DNA from: Longimicrobiales bacterium
GTDB lineage: Bacteria; Gemmatimonadota; Gemmatimonadetes; Longimicrobiales; Gaopeijiaceae
NCBI GenBank assembly: GCA_041690395.1
Contig: JAWLHJ010000004.1
Span: forward strand, 128,001-192,000
DNA: 64,000 nt
Direction: 5' to 3'
Shown here piece by piece: positions 9,893 to 20,053 of the stretch. The position numbers and the translations under genes were made by a program. Each line of letters begins with the position of its first letter. The first letter of the stretch is position 1. Under the pieces are notes generated by a model. The model saw only the letters and a program-made list of their open reading frames with translations. It had not been told where the DNA came from and did not search any database.

Positions 9893-11029
9893 CTAGTGTT
9901 TGAGGCCTGAGGCCTCCGCGAACTCCTCCATGGCACGCTGCTCCTCGTCGGAGAGCTTGTCCGGCACCGTGACGCTCACCTCGACGAACTGATCGCCGAC
10001 GCGGTCCGCTTTCCGGACACCCTGGCCGCGAATCCGGAATTTCGTCCCGGACTGCGTGCCCGCCGGGATCTTGAGCACGACCTTCTTCCCGCTCACGGTC
10101 CGCACCCGGACCTTCGAGCCGAGCGTGGCCTGGACGATGTTGATCGGGACCGTGACGTGGACGTCCAGCCCCTCGCGCCGGAAGAACCGGTGCGGCTGGA
10201 CCTTGAAGGTGATGATCAGGTCGCCCGGGGTCCCGCCACTCCTGCCGCGCTCGCCCTGCCCCGACAGCCGGACCTTCGACCCCGTGTCGACGCCTTCGGG
10301 CACCGCGATCTGGATGGTCCGCCGCTGCCGGACGGAACCCCGTCCGCCGCAGGAAGGACAAGGCGTCTCGGGGATCTGGCCACGGCCGAAGCAGGCCGGG
10401 CACGGACGTTTGACGGCGAAGCCGCCCTGGCCGAAGGACACCGTGCCGCTACCACCGCACTCGCCGCAGCGGCGGCGGCCGGTTCCCGGCGCGGCGCCGT
10501 CTCCGCCGCACGTCGCGCAGTCCTCGGTGATCGCGACCTCGACGGCCACCTTCCCGCCACGCACGGCCGTGAGGAAAGGGATCTCGACGACGTACTCCAC
10601 GTCCTGCCCACGTTCCCGCCCCGCCCCTGTCCGCCCGGCGCTCGGACCGGGGCCACCCCGCTTCCCGCCCAGGTCGAAGAGGGAGCTGAACAGGTCGGAG
10701 ATGTTGCCGAACCCGCCCTGGAAGTCATCGAACGAGAAGCCGGGATCACCTGGAGCGCCGCGCGGTTGCGACGCGCCAGGGCCCCGACCACCGAGACCGA
10801 ACGCGCCCAGCTTCCGCATCTGGTCGTATTGCTTGCGCTTCTCGGGATCCTTCAGGACCGCGTAGGCCTCGCCGATCTCCTTGAAGCGCTCCGCGGCCTT
10901 GTCGTCCCCGGGATTCGCGTCGGGGTGGTGGCTCTTGGCGAGCTTGCGGTAGGCCTTCTTGATCTCGTCCTGGCTGGCCTTCTCGGCCACCCCGAGGATC
11001 TTGTAGAAGTCCTTGTTCTGCCCGGCCAT
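9893..11029 (-). CDS. dnaJ: Chaperone DnaJ (type I)
   Basis: J domain with HPD, G/F region, four CxxCxGxG repeats, C-terminal domain. Confidence 0.95.
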   Translation of the reverse strand: MAGQNKDFYKILGVAEKASQDEIKKAYRKLAKSHHPDANPGDDKAAERFKEIGEAYAVLKDPEKRKQYDQMRKLGAFGLGGRGPGASQPRGAPGDPGFSFDDFQGGFGNISDLFSSLFDLGGKRGGPGPSAGRTGAGRERGQDVEYVVEIPFLTAVRGGKVAVEVAITEDCATCGGDGAAPGTGRRRCGECGGSGTVSFGQGGFAVKRPCPACFGRGQIPETPCPSCGGRGSVRQRRTIQIAVPEGVDTGSKVRLSGQGERGRSGGTPGDLIITFKVQPHRFFRREGLDVHVTVPINIVQATLGSKVRVRTVSGKKVVLKIPAGTQSGTKFRIRGQGVRKADRVGDQFVEVSVTVPDKLSDEEQRAMEEFAEASGLKH

Positions 11030-11036
11030 GGTCGTC

Positions 11037-11654
11037 TCAGCCGTGCTTGTAGACGCTGACGCGGGCGGGGCGCACGAGCACCCCCTTCAGCTCGTAGCCC
11101 TTCTGGAAGACCTGGGCTACGTGGTCGTCGAGGTCCTCGTCCTCCGTGGCCACGCGCATCAGCGCCTCCATCCGCTCCGGATCGAAGGGCTGTTCCGCGG
11201 GATCGATGACCTCCACTCCGGTCTCGCCCAGGGCGCGGACGAACTTCCGCTCCACCAGATCGATACCCTCCATAATCGCATCGACCGTAGCGCTCGACGT
11301 GTCCAGCGCGGCGACCCGCTCGAGGTCGTCCAGAACGTCGAGGAGACGGCCGAGAAGATCGGCTTGAGCTCTCGACCACGACTCCCGGCGCTCCTGCTCG
11401 CTCCGGCGTCGGAAGTTGGTGAACTCCGCCGCGAGCCGCAGATGACGATCGTTCAGCTCGTCGAACTCGGAGCGCAGCTCGGCGAGGGCACCGTCCTGGG
11501 GAAGCCCTCCGTCGTCACGCTCTTCGTCGCGGTCGCCCTCCGACCTGGACAGCGGGGCGCCACCGTCTCCGGCTCCCCGTCCGGACGAGCCTTCCGGGTC
11601 GTCTACCCCGGTCGCGATCTGGTCGTCGTTTTCTTTTGAGCGTTCCTTCATCAC
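11037..11654 (-). CDS. grpE: Nucleotide exchange factor GrpE
   Basis: [38 protein letters not shown]. Confidence 0.95.
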   Translation of the reverse strand: MMKERSKENDDQIATGVDDPEGSSGRGAGDGGAPLSRSEGDRDEERDDGGLPQDGALAELRSEFDELNDRHLRLAAEFTNFRRRSEQERRESWSRAQADLLGRLLDVLDDLERVAALDTSSATVDAIMEGIDLVERKFVRALGETGVEVIDPAEQPFDPERMEALMRVATEDEDLDDHVAQVFQKGYELKGVLVRPARVSVYKHG

Positions 11655-11713
11655 GTCGCCTTTCGATGTCGAACGGAGAATCGATCACCCCGCGGTCGGG
11701 GCTCCGATCGAGA

Positions 11714-11722
11714 AAGATACCA
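11714..11722 (-). promoter_or_regulatory. Putative extended -10 promoter (TG-G-TATCTT) for grpE-dnaJ
   Basis: TGGTATCTT on the minus strand in the intergenic region, about 60 nt above the grpE start. Confidence 0.4.
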
Positions 11723-11758
11723 CGGTCGCGCATGAGGGTTCAGGGGTCGGGTGGCCGC

Positions 11759-13039
11759 TCACCGCTCCAGCGCCTGAACGACGCGCCGGTAGAGGAGCCG
11801 AAGGGCGTCCTGAGCCGCACGCGCCTGTATGCCCTCGCGATCGCCGGGGAAGACACGCCGCCACGCCTCCACCTCGCCTCCGTACGAGACCGCGGTCCAC
11901 ACGGTTCCAACCGGCTTCTCCTCGCTGCCGCCGCCTGGCCCGGCCACTCCCGTGACACCGATCCCGAAGTCGGCGCCGAGCGCCCGAGCCGAGCCGGCCG
12001 CCATGGCCCTGGCCACCGGCTCGGACACGGCCCCGTGCCCATCGAGGTCGCCCTGAGAGACACCGAGGAGGTCGCGCTTCACGTGGTTCGCGTACGCCAC
12101 GACCCCGCCGAGGAAGACGTCCGACACTCCGGGCACCCGCGTGAGTCGGTGGGCCAGGAGACCGCCCGTGCAACTCTCGCCGATCGCGACGGTCGCGCCG
12201 AGCCGACGCAGCCCATCGGCCACCGCCTCGGCGAGATCGCCGGAATCACTGCGGTAGCGCCAGGGCTCGATGACGGGCGCCACGAGCGCCTCGAGTCGAT
12301 CGAGCTCGTGGTCGACCGCCGCGTCCGCCAGCCCCGATACGGTCAGCCGGAGGTCGACCCCCAGCGCATCGGGAAGGAAGGCCACACGGGAGCGCTCGCC
12401 GTCCGGCGGGAGGACCTCGTCGAGAAGCTCGCCCAGACGCGACTCGGAGATACCCGTCGTATGGAGCACACGATGGCGTACCGGCTCGAGCCGTGCCCCG
12501 AGGCGGTCGTGGATCAGGCCGCGCACATGGTCCTCGAAGAGCCCGCGCAGCTCGAGGGGAACGCCCGGTAGAAGGACGAAGACCGTGTCGTCCGCCTCCA
12601 GCGCGAGCCCGGGCGCGGACCCGTGTCGGTTCGCCAGCACGCGCGCGCCTCGCGGCACCTGGGCCTGGCTGCGGTTCGGGGCGGGCATGCGCTCGTAGCC
12701 GAACGAGCGGAAGCGCGCCTCCAGCCCCGCGACCAGCTCCTCGTCCTCCTCGAGCGGAAGCCCGAGCTGGCCAGCCACCGCCTCACGGGTCACATCGTCA
12801 CGGGTCGGACCGAGGCCTCCCCCGATCAGCACAATATCCGCCTCTCGTGAAGCGGCCTCGACGGCGCGTCGGATGTCGCGATCGACGTCGCCGACCGTGT
12901 AGTGGACGCGGGCCGGGATCCCCATCGCCGCCAGCTCACGTCCGAGCCAGGCGGCGTTCGTGTCGACGGTCTCGCCGCTCAGGAGTTCCTCGCCGACCGT
13001 GACGATCGCGGCGCGCGGCGCGCCCGGCTCCGAAGTCAC
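11759..13039 (-). CDS. cinA: CinA (MoCF-like domain plus NMN deamidase PncC domain)
   Basis: VGEELLSGETVDTN, GGLGPTRDDVT, LPGVP, ESCTGG, GAVS, TGVAGPGGG..EKPVG. Confidence 0.93.
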   Translation of the reverse strand: MTSEPGAPRAAIVTVGEELLSGETVDTNAAWLGRELAAMGIPARVHYTVGDVDRDIRRAVEAASREADIVLIGGGLGPTRDDVTREAVAGQLGLPLEEDEELVAGLEARFRSFGYERMPAPNRSQAQVPRGARVLANRHGSAPGLALEADDTVFVLLPGVPLELRGLFEDHVRGLIHDRLGARLEPVRHRVLHTTGISESRLGELLDEVLPPDGERSRVAFLPDALGVDLRLTVSGLADAAVDHELDRLEALVAPVIEPWRYRSDSGDLAEAVADGLRRLGATVAIGESCTGGLLAHRLTRVPGVSDVFLGGVVAYANHVKRDLLGVSQGDLDGHGAVSEPVARAMAAGSARALGADFGIGVTGVAGPGGGSEEKPVGTVWTAVSYGGEVEAWRRVFPGDREGIQARAAQDALRLLYRRVVQALER

Positions 13040-13050
13040 GGCGCGGGAAC

Positions 13051-13695
13051 TCAGTCCCGGATCCCCACCAGCGTCCGGTACGACCACAGGTAGTCGATGA
13101 GCGAGTACACCGTCAGCACGACCGCCACCACGAGCGACAGCGCGACGACCGCACCGTGGATGGGAAACCAGACCGCCCAGAACCCCTCGTCCGCCCCTGC
13201 GGCACCGACCCAGGTCCGCAACGGGAACCAGAGGAGCGCCGCTCCGGCGAAGATGGCCTGGAACAGGGCCTTCCGCTTGCCCGCGAGGCCCGCGGCGATG
13301 ACGACGCCCCGCCGCGCCGCGAAGCTCCGGAAGACCGTGATGAAGATCTCACGACCGAAGATGACGACCATGACCCAGAGCGGCAGCTCGCCCCACCACG
13401 GAAGCGAGTCGAATGCGCCGTCCCGCTGCGCGACCATGTAGATCGGAACGTAGCTGGCGACGAGAAGGAGCTTGTCCGCGAACGGATCGAGCAGCTTCCC
13501 CACGTCCGTGACCAGACCGTCCCGCCGCGCGAGGTACCCGTCCCAGATGTCCGAGAGCGCCGCGACCACGAAGAGGGCGAACGCCCAGAAGCGGAGTCCG
13601 GTGTCCGGCGACACCGCAAGGAAGAAGATCACCGGGCAGGCCGCGATGCGGCTGACCGTGATGATGTTCGGGAGGGTGAGTGCGCTCCCCGACAC
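13051..13695 (-). CDS. pgsA: CDP-alcohol phosphatidyltransferase (PgsA-like)
   Basis: LPNIITVSRI, SDIWDGYLARR..VTDVGKLLDPFADKLL. Confidence 0.88.
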   Translation of the reverse strand: MSGSALTLPNIITVSRIAACPVIFFLAVSPDTGLRFWAFALFVVAALSDIWDGYLARRDGLVTDVGKLLDPFADKLLLVASYVPIYMVAQRDGAFDSLPWWGELPLWVMVVIFGREIFITVFRSFAARRGVVIAAGLAGKRKALFQAIFAGAALLWFPLRTWVGAAGADEGFWAVWFPIHGAVVALSLVVAVVLTVYSLIDYLWSYRTLVGIRD

Positions 13696-13703
13696 GGAGG
13701 ACC

Positions 13704-14282
13704 TCAGGAGAGGGTTTTGACGACGAGCTTGCTCACGGACGAGAGGGTCTCGAAGACCCCCTTCCCCTCGATGGCCGTCGCCTCGAAGTCCGGTACGCCC
13801 ATCGGATTGATCTGGGCCCTGAGCTCGTCGACCGGGAGAATGTCGGGAAGATCCCGCTTGTTGTACTGGATCGCGAACGGGATCGTCTGGAGATCGTACC
13901 CGTAGGTCTCGAGATTCTCGTACAGGTTGTGCATCGACTCGATGTTCGCCTCGGCGCGGCTCGCCTGGGAGTCCGCTACGAAGACGATGCCGTCCACGCC
14001 CTTCAGGATGAGGCGCCGGCTGGCGTTGTAGTAGACCTGCCCCGGCACCGTGTACAGGTGGAAGCGCGTCTTGAAGCCGCGCACCTCGCCCAGGTCGATC
14101 GGGAGGAAATCGAAGAAGAGCGTGCGCTCGGTCTCGGTGGCCAGGGAGATCATCTTCCCCTTGGTCTCCGGATTCACCTTGGAGTAGATGTACTCCAGGT
14201 TCGTCGTCTTCCCGCCGAGCCCGGTCCCGTAATAGACGATCTTGCAGTTGATCTCACGGGAGGCGTAGTTGATCATCGACAT
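13704..14282 (-). CDS. mglA: MglA Ras-like small GTPase
   Basis: [43 protein letters not shown]. Confidence 0.93.
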   Translation of the reverse strand: MSMINYASREINCKIVYYGTGLGGKTTNLEYIYSKVNPETKGKMISLATETERTLFFDFLPIDLGEVRGFKTRFHLYTVPGQVYYNASRRLILKGVDGIVFVADSQASRAEANIESMHNLYENLETYGYDLQTIPFAIQYNKRDLPDILPVDELRAQINPMGVPDFEATAIEGKGVFETLSSVSKLVVKTLS

Positions 14283-14400
14283 GGGTCGACACGGCCTCCC
14301 TGGGCATATGCGTTGAAGATCACCGAAGCTCCTCGTAGGACGTCACGCGGCGCCGGCATCCGGTCCGTGCGACGCGGCGGGATGGGTGCGGCGAGCGCAT

Positions 14401-14429
14401 AAACTCGGCCCGGGGGGGCCGGGTGGCAA
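14401..14429 (-). promoter_or_regulatory. Putative sigma70-type promoter for mglA
   Basis: TTGCCA-N17-GAGTTT on the minus strand. Confidence 0.35.
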
Positions 14430-14457
14430 GGGAGAACGCCCTCTCGACGGCGAGTCC

Positions 14458-14775
14458 CTAATCGGTCAACGCCTCGGGACGGGGGCGGGCCGTCACCCCG
14501 ACCTCGTCCTCCATGCGGGCCGCGATGGAGCGGGCACGCTCGCGCAGGAGCTTCCGGGGCTCCCAGGCGATGAAGTCGCGCAGCAGGCGGATGTGGGACA
14601 CCGACGCGGGCTCCCGGCTCATGTGCCCGAGCGCCGCGAGTCGCTTGAACGCGTGCGGACTGAACATGTTTCGCTGGTGGCGCGTGATCTGATCCCGGAT
14701 CACGAGCGCGGCCAGCGCACCGGCCGCAGCGGCCGCCAGCAGGGCGATTCCAGTCGTCTTCAGCGTACGATTCAT
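14458..14775 (-). CDS. Small membrane-anchored hypothetical protein
   Basis: ATGA overlap with recR stop; N-terminal hydrophobic helix followed by a helical domain. Confidence 0.75.
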   Translation of the reverse strand: MNRTLKTTGIALLAAAAAGALAALVIRDQITRHQRNMFSPHAFKRLAALGHMSREPASVSHIRLLRDFIAWEPRKLLRERARSIAARMEDEVGVTARPRPEALTD

Positions 14776-15365
14776 ATCATCTCCCGACGCCCGGCGAGTG
14801 CCTGGGCGATCGTCGTTCCGTCCACGTACTCGAGATCGCTGCCGACGGGGATACCCCGCGCCAGACGCGTGACCCTGGGACCGAGCGGCCGGATCTCCTG
14901 CTCCAGATAGACGGCCGTGGCCTCGCCTTCGACGCTGGCGTTGGTCGCGACGATGACCTCCTCGATCGTCCCCTGCCTCCCGATGCGCCCCAGCAGCCCC
15001 GCGACGTCCAGCTCTTCCGGCCCCACGCCGTCCAGAGGCGAAAGGTGACCACCCAGCACGTGGAAGAGTCCCCGGAACTGACCCGTCCGCTCGATGGCAC
15101 CGACCTGGTAGGCCTCTTCAACGATACACAACACCGTGCGATCCCGCCTGGGATTCTGGCAGATCTCGCAGAGCTCGTGCTCGCTGAAATTCCCGCACTC
15201 GTCGCAACGACGGATCTTCTCGGCGAGGTCCACCAACGAAGCCGCCAGTCTGCGCGGCTGCTCCTTCGGAGCCTTCATGAGGTGGTGGACCAGGCGCAGC
15301 GCCGTCTTCTTGCCGATCCCGGGTAGGCGCGCGAAGTCGTCGGTGAGCCGATCGATCACCGACAT
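14772..15365 (-). CDS. recR: Recombination mediator RecR
   Basis: LPGIGKKTALRL, C4 zinc finger, HVLGGHLSPLDG, EGEATA, RLARGIPVG. Confidence 0.97.
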   Translation of the reverse strand: MSVIDRLTDDFARLPGIGKKTALRLVHHLMKAPKEQPRRLAASLVDLAEKIRRCDECGNFSEHELCEICQNPRRDRTVLCIVEEAYQVGAIERTGQFRGLFHVLGGHLSPLDGVGPEELDVAGLLGRIGRQGTIEEVIVATNASVEGEATAVYLEQEIRPLGPRVTRLARGIPVGSDLEYVDGTTIAQALAGRREMI

Positions 15366-15390
15366 GGCATCGCCCTCGATGTGCGTGCGC

Positions 15391-15720
15391 TCAGAAGAGC
15401 CCCGGCAGCCCCGGAAGGTTCATCGGCAAGCCGCCGGTCGCCTTCTTCATCTCTTCCTCGTACTCGGAGGCCGCTTTCGTCTGCGCCTCCGACACGGCGG
15501 CGAGGACCAGGTCCTCGAGCATCTCGACGTCCGACGGATCGACGCACGTCGGGTCGATCTGGATCTGCTTGATGCGGCCCTTCCCGTCCACCGTCGCGGT
15601 CACCATGCCGCCGCCGGAGGCGGCGGAGATCTTCTTGGTCTCCAGCGATTCCTGGAGCTTGGTCATCTTCGACTGCAGCTGCTGACCGAGCTGCATGAGC
15701 TGTTGCATGTTGTTGTTCAT
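15391..15720 (-). CDS. ybaB: YbaB/EbfC nucleoid-associated protein
   Basis: SGGGMVTATVDG, DVEMLEDLVLAA; lies between dnaX and recR. Confidence 0.95.
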   Translation of the reverse strand: MNNNMQQLMQLGQQLQSKMTKLQESLETKKISAASGGGMVTATVDGKGRIKQIQIDPTCVDPSDVEMLEDLVLAAVSEAQTKAASEYEEEMKKATGGLPMNLPGLPGLF

Positions 15721-15728
15721 TTAAGCAC

Positions 15729-17459
15729 CTAGTCCATGAGCTCGAGATCGAGTTCTTCTACCGCCCGCTTGAGGCGGGGTTCCTGTCGGAAGAGTGCGCG
15801 CATCGTGTCCTCCCGGACCTCCGACTGGGTGACCCGCGACGCCGCCGGCGGGGCTTCCGCGGCCGCTCCGATGCTCAGGGTCACCGGCCGGCCCAGGAAC
15901 GGCTCGAGCCCCTTCCGGATGGCATTCTGGATGCCGACATCGGCCAGTCGCTCCGCGGCGGGACCGGGGAGCGGCGACACGGAGACGGTCCCGTCGCCCA
16001 GATCCTCCACGGTCGCGGAACGGAGGAAGGCCGTGAGGCCTTTGGGCACGCCGCGTCCGGCTTCGAGCCAGCGGTCCCATGCCTCGGCGGCCGAGGCAGC
16101 GGGGCGTGGGGTCGCTTCGGGCCGCGGCGCGGCCGTCGCGGCGGGCGAGCCTCGATCGCGCGGGGTCGGCTCGGGGTCACCGGCCCGTACGTCGTCGACG
16201 ATCGTCCGGGGAGTAGCAGCCTCTGCGGTCTCGGCACGGACACCGCTCTCCCGGGGCCGTGAACCCTCGCCAGGCGCGCCCGGTCTTCCGGCGCCGCCCC
16301 CCGACGACGGGTCGCCGCCCAGCATGCCGAGCAGCTCCTCGAGGTGGACGGTCCGGTCCATGTAGCTGAGGCGGAGGAGGAGCATCTCGATCAGGATGCG
16401 CGGATTCACGCTCCTCCTGAGGCTCCCCTGGGACTCGAGCTCGGCCGCGGCGGCGAGCATGCGGACCAGGTCGCCCGGATCGAAGCGCTCTGCCTTGGCG
16501 GCGAGGTCGGCCTGCGTCCCTTCCGGGAGGTCCAGAGCCTCGTCCGGCGTCAGGCGGACACGCAGGAGCGCCCGCAGCATGTCGAGGAGTCCGTGGTAGA
16601 ACTCGACCAGGTCGTATCCCTCGTCCACGAGGCGACCGACGAACGCGAACACCTCGGCGTGCCGTCCGTCCGCCAGGATGTCCAGAAGCTCGAGGTAGCG
16701 TTCCTCTTCGACGAGGCCGAGCACGCGGCGCACCGATTCGGTATCGACCTCGCCCCCCGTGAGCGCCAGCACCTGGTCGAGCAGGGAGAGCGCGTCGCGC
16801 ATGCCGCCGTCGGCTTTCCTGGCCACGATGCGGAGCGCCTCCTCGGGCGCGCTCGCCCCTTCGGCCGCCAGCACGTCGGCGAGGCGCTGCACGATGTCCG
16901 ACACGCCGAAGCGCTTGAAGTCGAAGCGCTGGCACCGCGACAGGATCGGCGCCGCCATCTGCTGGATCTTCTGGGGCTCGGTCGTCGCGAAGACGAAGAT
17001 CACCCGCGAGGGCGGCTCCTCGAGGATCTTGAGGAGCGCATTCCACGCCTCGCGCGTGAGCATGTGCGCCTCGTCGACGATATAGACCTTGAAGCGGCCT
17101 TCCTCCGACGGAGCGTACATCGCCCGCTCGCGGAGGTCGCGGGCGTCGTCGACTCCGCGGTTGGAAGCGGCGTCGATCTCGACGACGTCGAGCGCGGTGT
17201 TGCCGCCCCAGATGCGGCGGCAGCTGTCGCACTCTCCGCACGGCTCGCCCGACTCGTCGCGGTTCGGACAGTTCAGGGCCATCGCGAGCATGCGGGCCAG
17301 CGTCGTCTTGCCGACGCCCCGGGGGCCACAGAAGAGGTAGGCGTGGCCGACCCGGTTGCCGACGACCGCCTTCCGGAGGGTCTCCGATACGTGGGCCTGG
17401 GCGGCCACGTCGGCGAACGACCTCGGCCGGTACCTTCTGGCTAACGCTGTATGCGTCAA
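15729..17459 (-). CDS. dnaX: DNA polymerase III subunit gamma/tau
   Basis: LARRYRP, GPRGVGKTT, PCGECDSC, EIDAAS, DEAHML, SRCQ, GGMRDA. Confidence 0.97.
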   Translation of the reverse strand: MTHTALARRYRPRSFADVAAQAHVSETLRKAVVGNRVGHAYLFCGPRGVGKTTLARMLAMALNCPNRDESGEPCGECDSCRRIWGGNTALDVVEIDAASNRGVDDARDLRERAMYAPSEEGRFKVYIVDEAHMLTREAWNALLKILEEPPSRVIFVFATTEPQKIQQMAAPILSRCQRFDFKRFGVSDIVQRLADVLAAEGASAPEEALRIVARKADGGMRDALSLLDQVLALTGGEVDTESVRRVLGLVEEERYLELLDILADGRHAEVFAFVGRLVDEGYDLVEFYHGLLDMLRALLRVRLTPDEALDLPEGTQADLAAKAERFDPGDLVRMLAAAAELESQGSLRRSVNPRILIEMLLLRLSYMDRTVHLEELLGMLGGDPSSGGGAGRPGAPGEGSRPRESGVRAETAEAATPRTIVDDVRAGDPEPTPRDRGSPAATAAPRPEATPRPAASAAEAWDRWLEAGRGVPKGLTAFLRSATVEDLGDGTVSVSPLPGPAAERLADVGIQNAIRKGLEPFLGRPVTLSIGAAAEAPPAASRVTQSEVREDTMRALFRQEPRLKRAVEELDLELMD

Positions 17460-17497
17460 GTCGTTACGGCCTTCCGCTCTGCAACGGGGAAAGAAAA

Positions 17498-17597
17498 ATG
17501 CCCCAGGCTACCCGCAGCGACGATCACCGCACTTACCGCTGCTACCTGCGGGGTCCTGACGGGATTCGCGGGCTCTCGCCCTGCGGACCTGGGGCAT
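17498..17597 (-). ncRNA. ffs: Signal recognition particle RNA (4.5S, small bacterial type)
   Basis: About 100-nt hairpin (ATGCCCCAGG...CCTGGGGCAT) containing GTCAGG-ACC-loop-GGT-AGCAGC; directly upstream of dnaX; followed by a T-run. Confidence 0.9.
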
Positions 17598-17602
17598 GGA
17601 TG

Positions 17603-17631
17603 AAGCTATGGGTCAATCGACCTCAGGTCCA
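17603..17631 (-). promoter_or_regulatory. Putative ffs promoter
   Basis: TGGACC-N17-TAGCTT ending 5 nt before the predicted RNA 5' end. Confidence 0.55.
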
Positions 17632-18012
17632 CCCCGGCCGCCACGCGTCCTCGATGTGATCGACCCGGACGATCCGTCCGTCCGCCAGGAGGCGCACGGC
17701 GACGACGTCGAACCGCACATCAACGTCGTCGCGGACGTTTCGCGTCAGATACTCGAGCGCGACCAGCTCGATCTCACGACGCTTGAGAGGCGTCACGGCC
17801 GCCTCGGGTCCCCCGTACCCGTCGCCGGCCCGGGTCTTCACCTCGACGAAGGCCAGGAGGGAGCCGCGGCGAGCCACGATGTCCACCTCGCGCCGACCGA
17901 ACCGGTAGTTCCGGGCCAGGATCCGCCACCCGCACGCCGCCAGCGCGCGGGCCGCCAATGTCTCTCCACGTCGGCCGAGCCGGTGCGGTGGATGGGTGGA
18001 GTCGGGCGTCAT
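17623..18012 (-). CDS. YraN/UPF0102 family protein
   Basis: LGRRGE.LA, ILARNYR...EVDIVA, FVEVKTR, RFDVV, HIEDAW. Confidence 0.92.
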   Translation of the reverse strand: MTPDSTHPPHRLGRRGETLAARALAACGWRILARNYRFGRREVDIVARRGSLLAFVEVKTRAGDGYGGPEAAVTPLKRREIELVALEYLTRNVRDDVDVRFDVVAVRLLADGRIVRVDHIEDAWRPGWT

Positions 18013-18077
18013 GCGCCCAAGGTGGCGCCTCCGCCCGGGCGACCGGATGGCGAGACGGGACGCCCTCCCGGCGGGTA

Positions 18078-19130
18078 CTAAGCGCTCTTCGCCGACGCCG
18101 TGGCGAGCGGCGCGGCCACCTCGCGTCCGATCGAGCGCGCGATCACCCGGATCTGCTCCATCAGCTCGACGAACTGCTCCGGATAGAGAGACTGGGCTCC
18201 GTCCGACATGGCCCGCGGCGGATCCGGGTGGACCTCGACCATGAGGCCGTCCGCCCCGGCGGCTACCGCGGCCCGAGCCATCGGGATCACCTTGGCCCGC
18301 ACCCCGGTTCCGTGACTCGGATCGGCGATGATCGGGAGGTGCGACAGCCCCTTCACCACGGGGATGGCGGTGAGGTCCAGGAGATTGCGCGTGTGGTTGT
18401 CGAAGCTGCGCACGCCGCGCTCGCACAGGATGACGTCGTCGTTCCCCTCGGCCAGGATGTACTCGGCCGCGAGCAGCAACTCGTCGATCGTCGCCGAGAG
18501 GCCGCGCTTGAGCAGCACCGGCTTCCCCGCCTGCCCGGCGCGCCGGAGGAGCGGATAGTTCTGCATGTTGCGGGCGCCGATCTGCACGATGTCGGCGTAC
18601 TCGGCGACGAGGTCGACTCCCGCCACGTCGAGCGCCTCGGTCACGATCGCCATCCCGGTCTCCTCACGCGCCTTGGCGAGCAGCCGGAGGCCCTCCTCTC
18701 CCAGCCCCTGGAACGAATAGGGTGACGTGCGCGGCTTGAAGGCCCCGCCCCTAAGCACGGTCGCGCCCGCGTCCCTGAGCTGCCGCGCGATGCCGATGAT
18801 CTGAGCCTCGCTCTCGACGGCGCACGGACCGGTCATGATGACGATCTCGTTCCCGCCGATCCGGGTCCCGTTCGGAAGCGACACGATGGTGTCGTCCTCC
18901 CGCCACTCGCGGGACACCTGCTTGTAGGGCTGCGTCACCGGAATGACCTCGAGCACGCCGTCGAGCCCCTCGAGTCTCCCTGAGTCCACGCGACCGTCGT
19001 TGCCGATCAGCCCGACGGCGGTCCGCTGCTCGCCGGGGATCGGGCGGGCGTCGTAGCCCATTTCCTTGATGGTATCGACCACGAAATCGATCTGGTCCGC
19101 GGTCGCGTTGTGCTTCATGACGACGAGCAT
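18078..19130 (-). CDS. aroF: DAHP synthase type I-beta with N-terminal regulatory domain
   Basis: [52 protein letters not shown]. Confidence 0.95.
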   Translation of the reverse strand: MLVVMKHNATADQIDFVVDTIKEMGYDARPIPGEQRTAVGLIGNDGRVDSGRLEGLDGVLEVIPVTQPYKQVSREWREDDTIVSLPNGTRIGGNEIVIMTGPCAVESEAQIIGIARQLRDAGATVLRGGAFKPRTSPYSFQGLGEEGLRLLAKAREETGMAIVTEALDVAGVDLVAEYADIVQIGARNMQNYPLLRRAGQAGKPVLLKRGLSATIDELLLAAEYILAEGNDDVILCERGVRSFDNHTRNLLDLTAIPVVKGLSHLPIIADPSHGTGVRAKVIPMARAAVAAGADGLMVEVHPDPPRAMSDGAQSLYPEQFVELMEQIRVIARSIGREVAAPLATASAKSA

Positions 19131-19190
19131 GGGTGCGTCACCTACTCGGGGGTTCGTTCCGCCGCACGGCGGGGCCGGGCGCACCGAAGT

Positions 19191-20024
19191 CTATACGTCG
19201 CGCGGACCCGGGTCCACGGTCCATCCCTCCGGGCCCTTCGAGGCCCTCAGTCCATCACGACCCGCCACCACGGTGCCGCCGTAGCCCGCTCCGACCCGTC
19301 TCGCGGCCTCCGCGGGGGTCATCGGGGGGTACACGTGGGTCAGGATCAACAAATCCGGCCGTGCGGTCCTCGCGAGCTCGACCACATCCGCGGGGGCGAG
19401 GTGCCCCGGCCCCTGCCCCTGCTCCGACCAGGCGCACTCGCTGATCAGGACCTCCGCGCCCCGCAGGAAGGCAGCGACGTCCCCGGAGGGGCCAGTGTCA
19501 CCCGTGTATCCCACCGTCCCCGTGTCCGCGGACAGCCGAAACGCCACCGACTCCTCGGTGTGCGGGGTGGGATGCGCCTCGAGGCGGAAGCCGTGCCCGG
19601 GGTCCTCGAGGACGGCTCCGGGCGAGAGCTCCTCCACGCGGAGCGGGCGCTTCGGGTCGAGCACGTGGGCGCCCAGCGCCGATGCGGCCCGTCCGAGGTA
19701 CGTTCGAAAGCCGGGCGGTCCCAGGAGCGTGAGCGGGCCGAGCCTCGACGCGTCCGCCGCTCCGCCGGCCCGCTCGCGGGCGCTCGCGCTGCCGCGGAGC
19801 GCGAACATCAATGCCGAGAGATCGCCGACGTGGTCGGGATGGTAGTGGGTGACGGCCACGTGCGTGAGCGTCTCCCAGTCGATGGCGTGCCGGGCGAGGC
19901 CGTGCACGGTTCCGCTCCCGCAGTCGAGGAGGACCGAGGCGTCGCCGAACGAGACGTGGTGCGCCGCAGAATAGCGCTCGGCGTCCGGAAGGAGAGTACC
20001 GGATCCCAGGACCGTGACGCGCAT
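19191..20024 (-). CDS. MBL-fold metallohydrolase (RNase Z-like)
   Basis: VTVLGSG, LLDCGSG, THYHPDHVGD, YTGDT, HL, LTHVYP. Confidence 0.85.
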   Translation of the reverse strand: MRVTVLGSGTLLPDAERYSAAHHVSFGDASVLLDCGSGTVHGLARHAIDWETLTHVAVTHYHPDHVGDLSALMFALRGSASARERAGGAADASRLGPLTLLGPPGFRTYLGRAASALGAHVLDPKRPLRVEELSPGAVLEDPGHGFRLEAHPTPHTEESVAFRLSADTGTVGYTGDTGPSGDVAAFLRGAEVLISECAWSEQGQGPGHLAPADVVELARTARPDLLILTHVYPPMTPAEAARRVGAGYGGTVVAGRDGLRASKGPEGWTVDPGPRDV

Positions 20025-20053
20025 CGACTGCGACCTACCGGGCGACGGCGGGA

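Noticed and set aside
15729..17459. Programmed frameshift or slippage site in dnaX producing gamma
   Set aside because: No A AAA AAG heptamer or long T/A run was seen in the Pro/Ala-rich linker.
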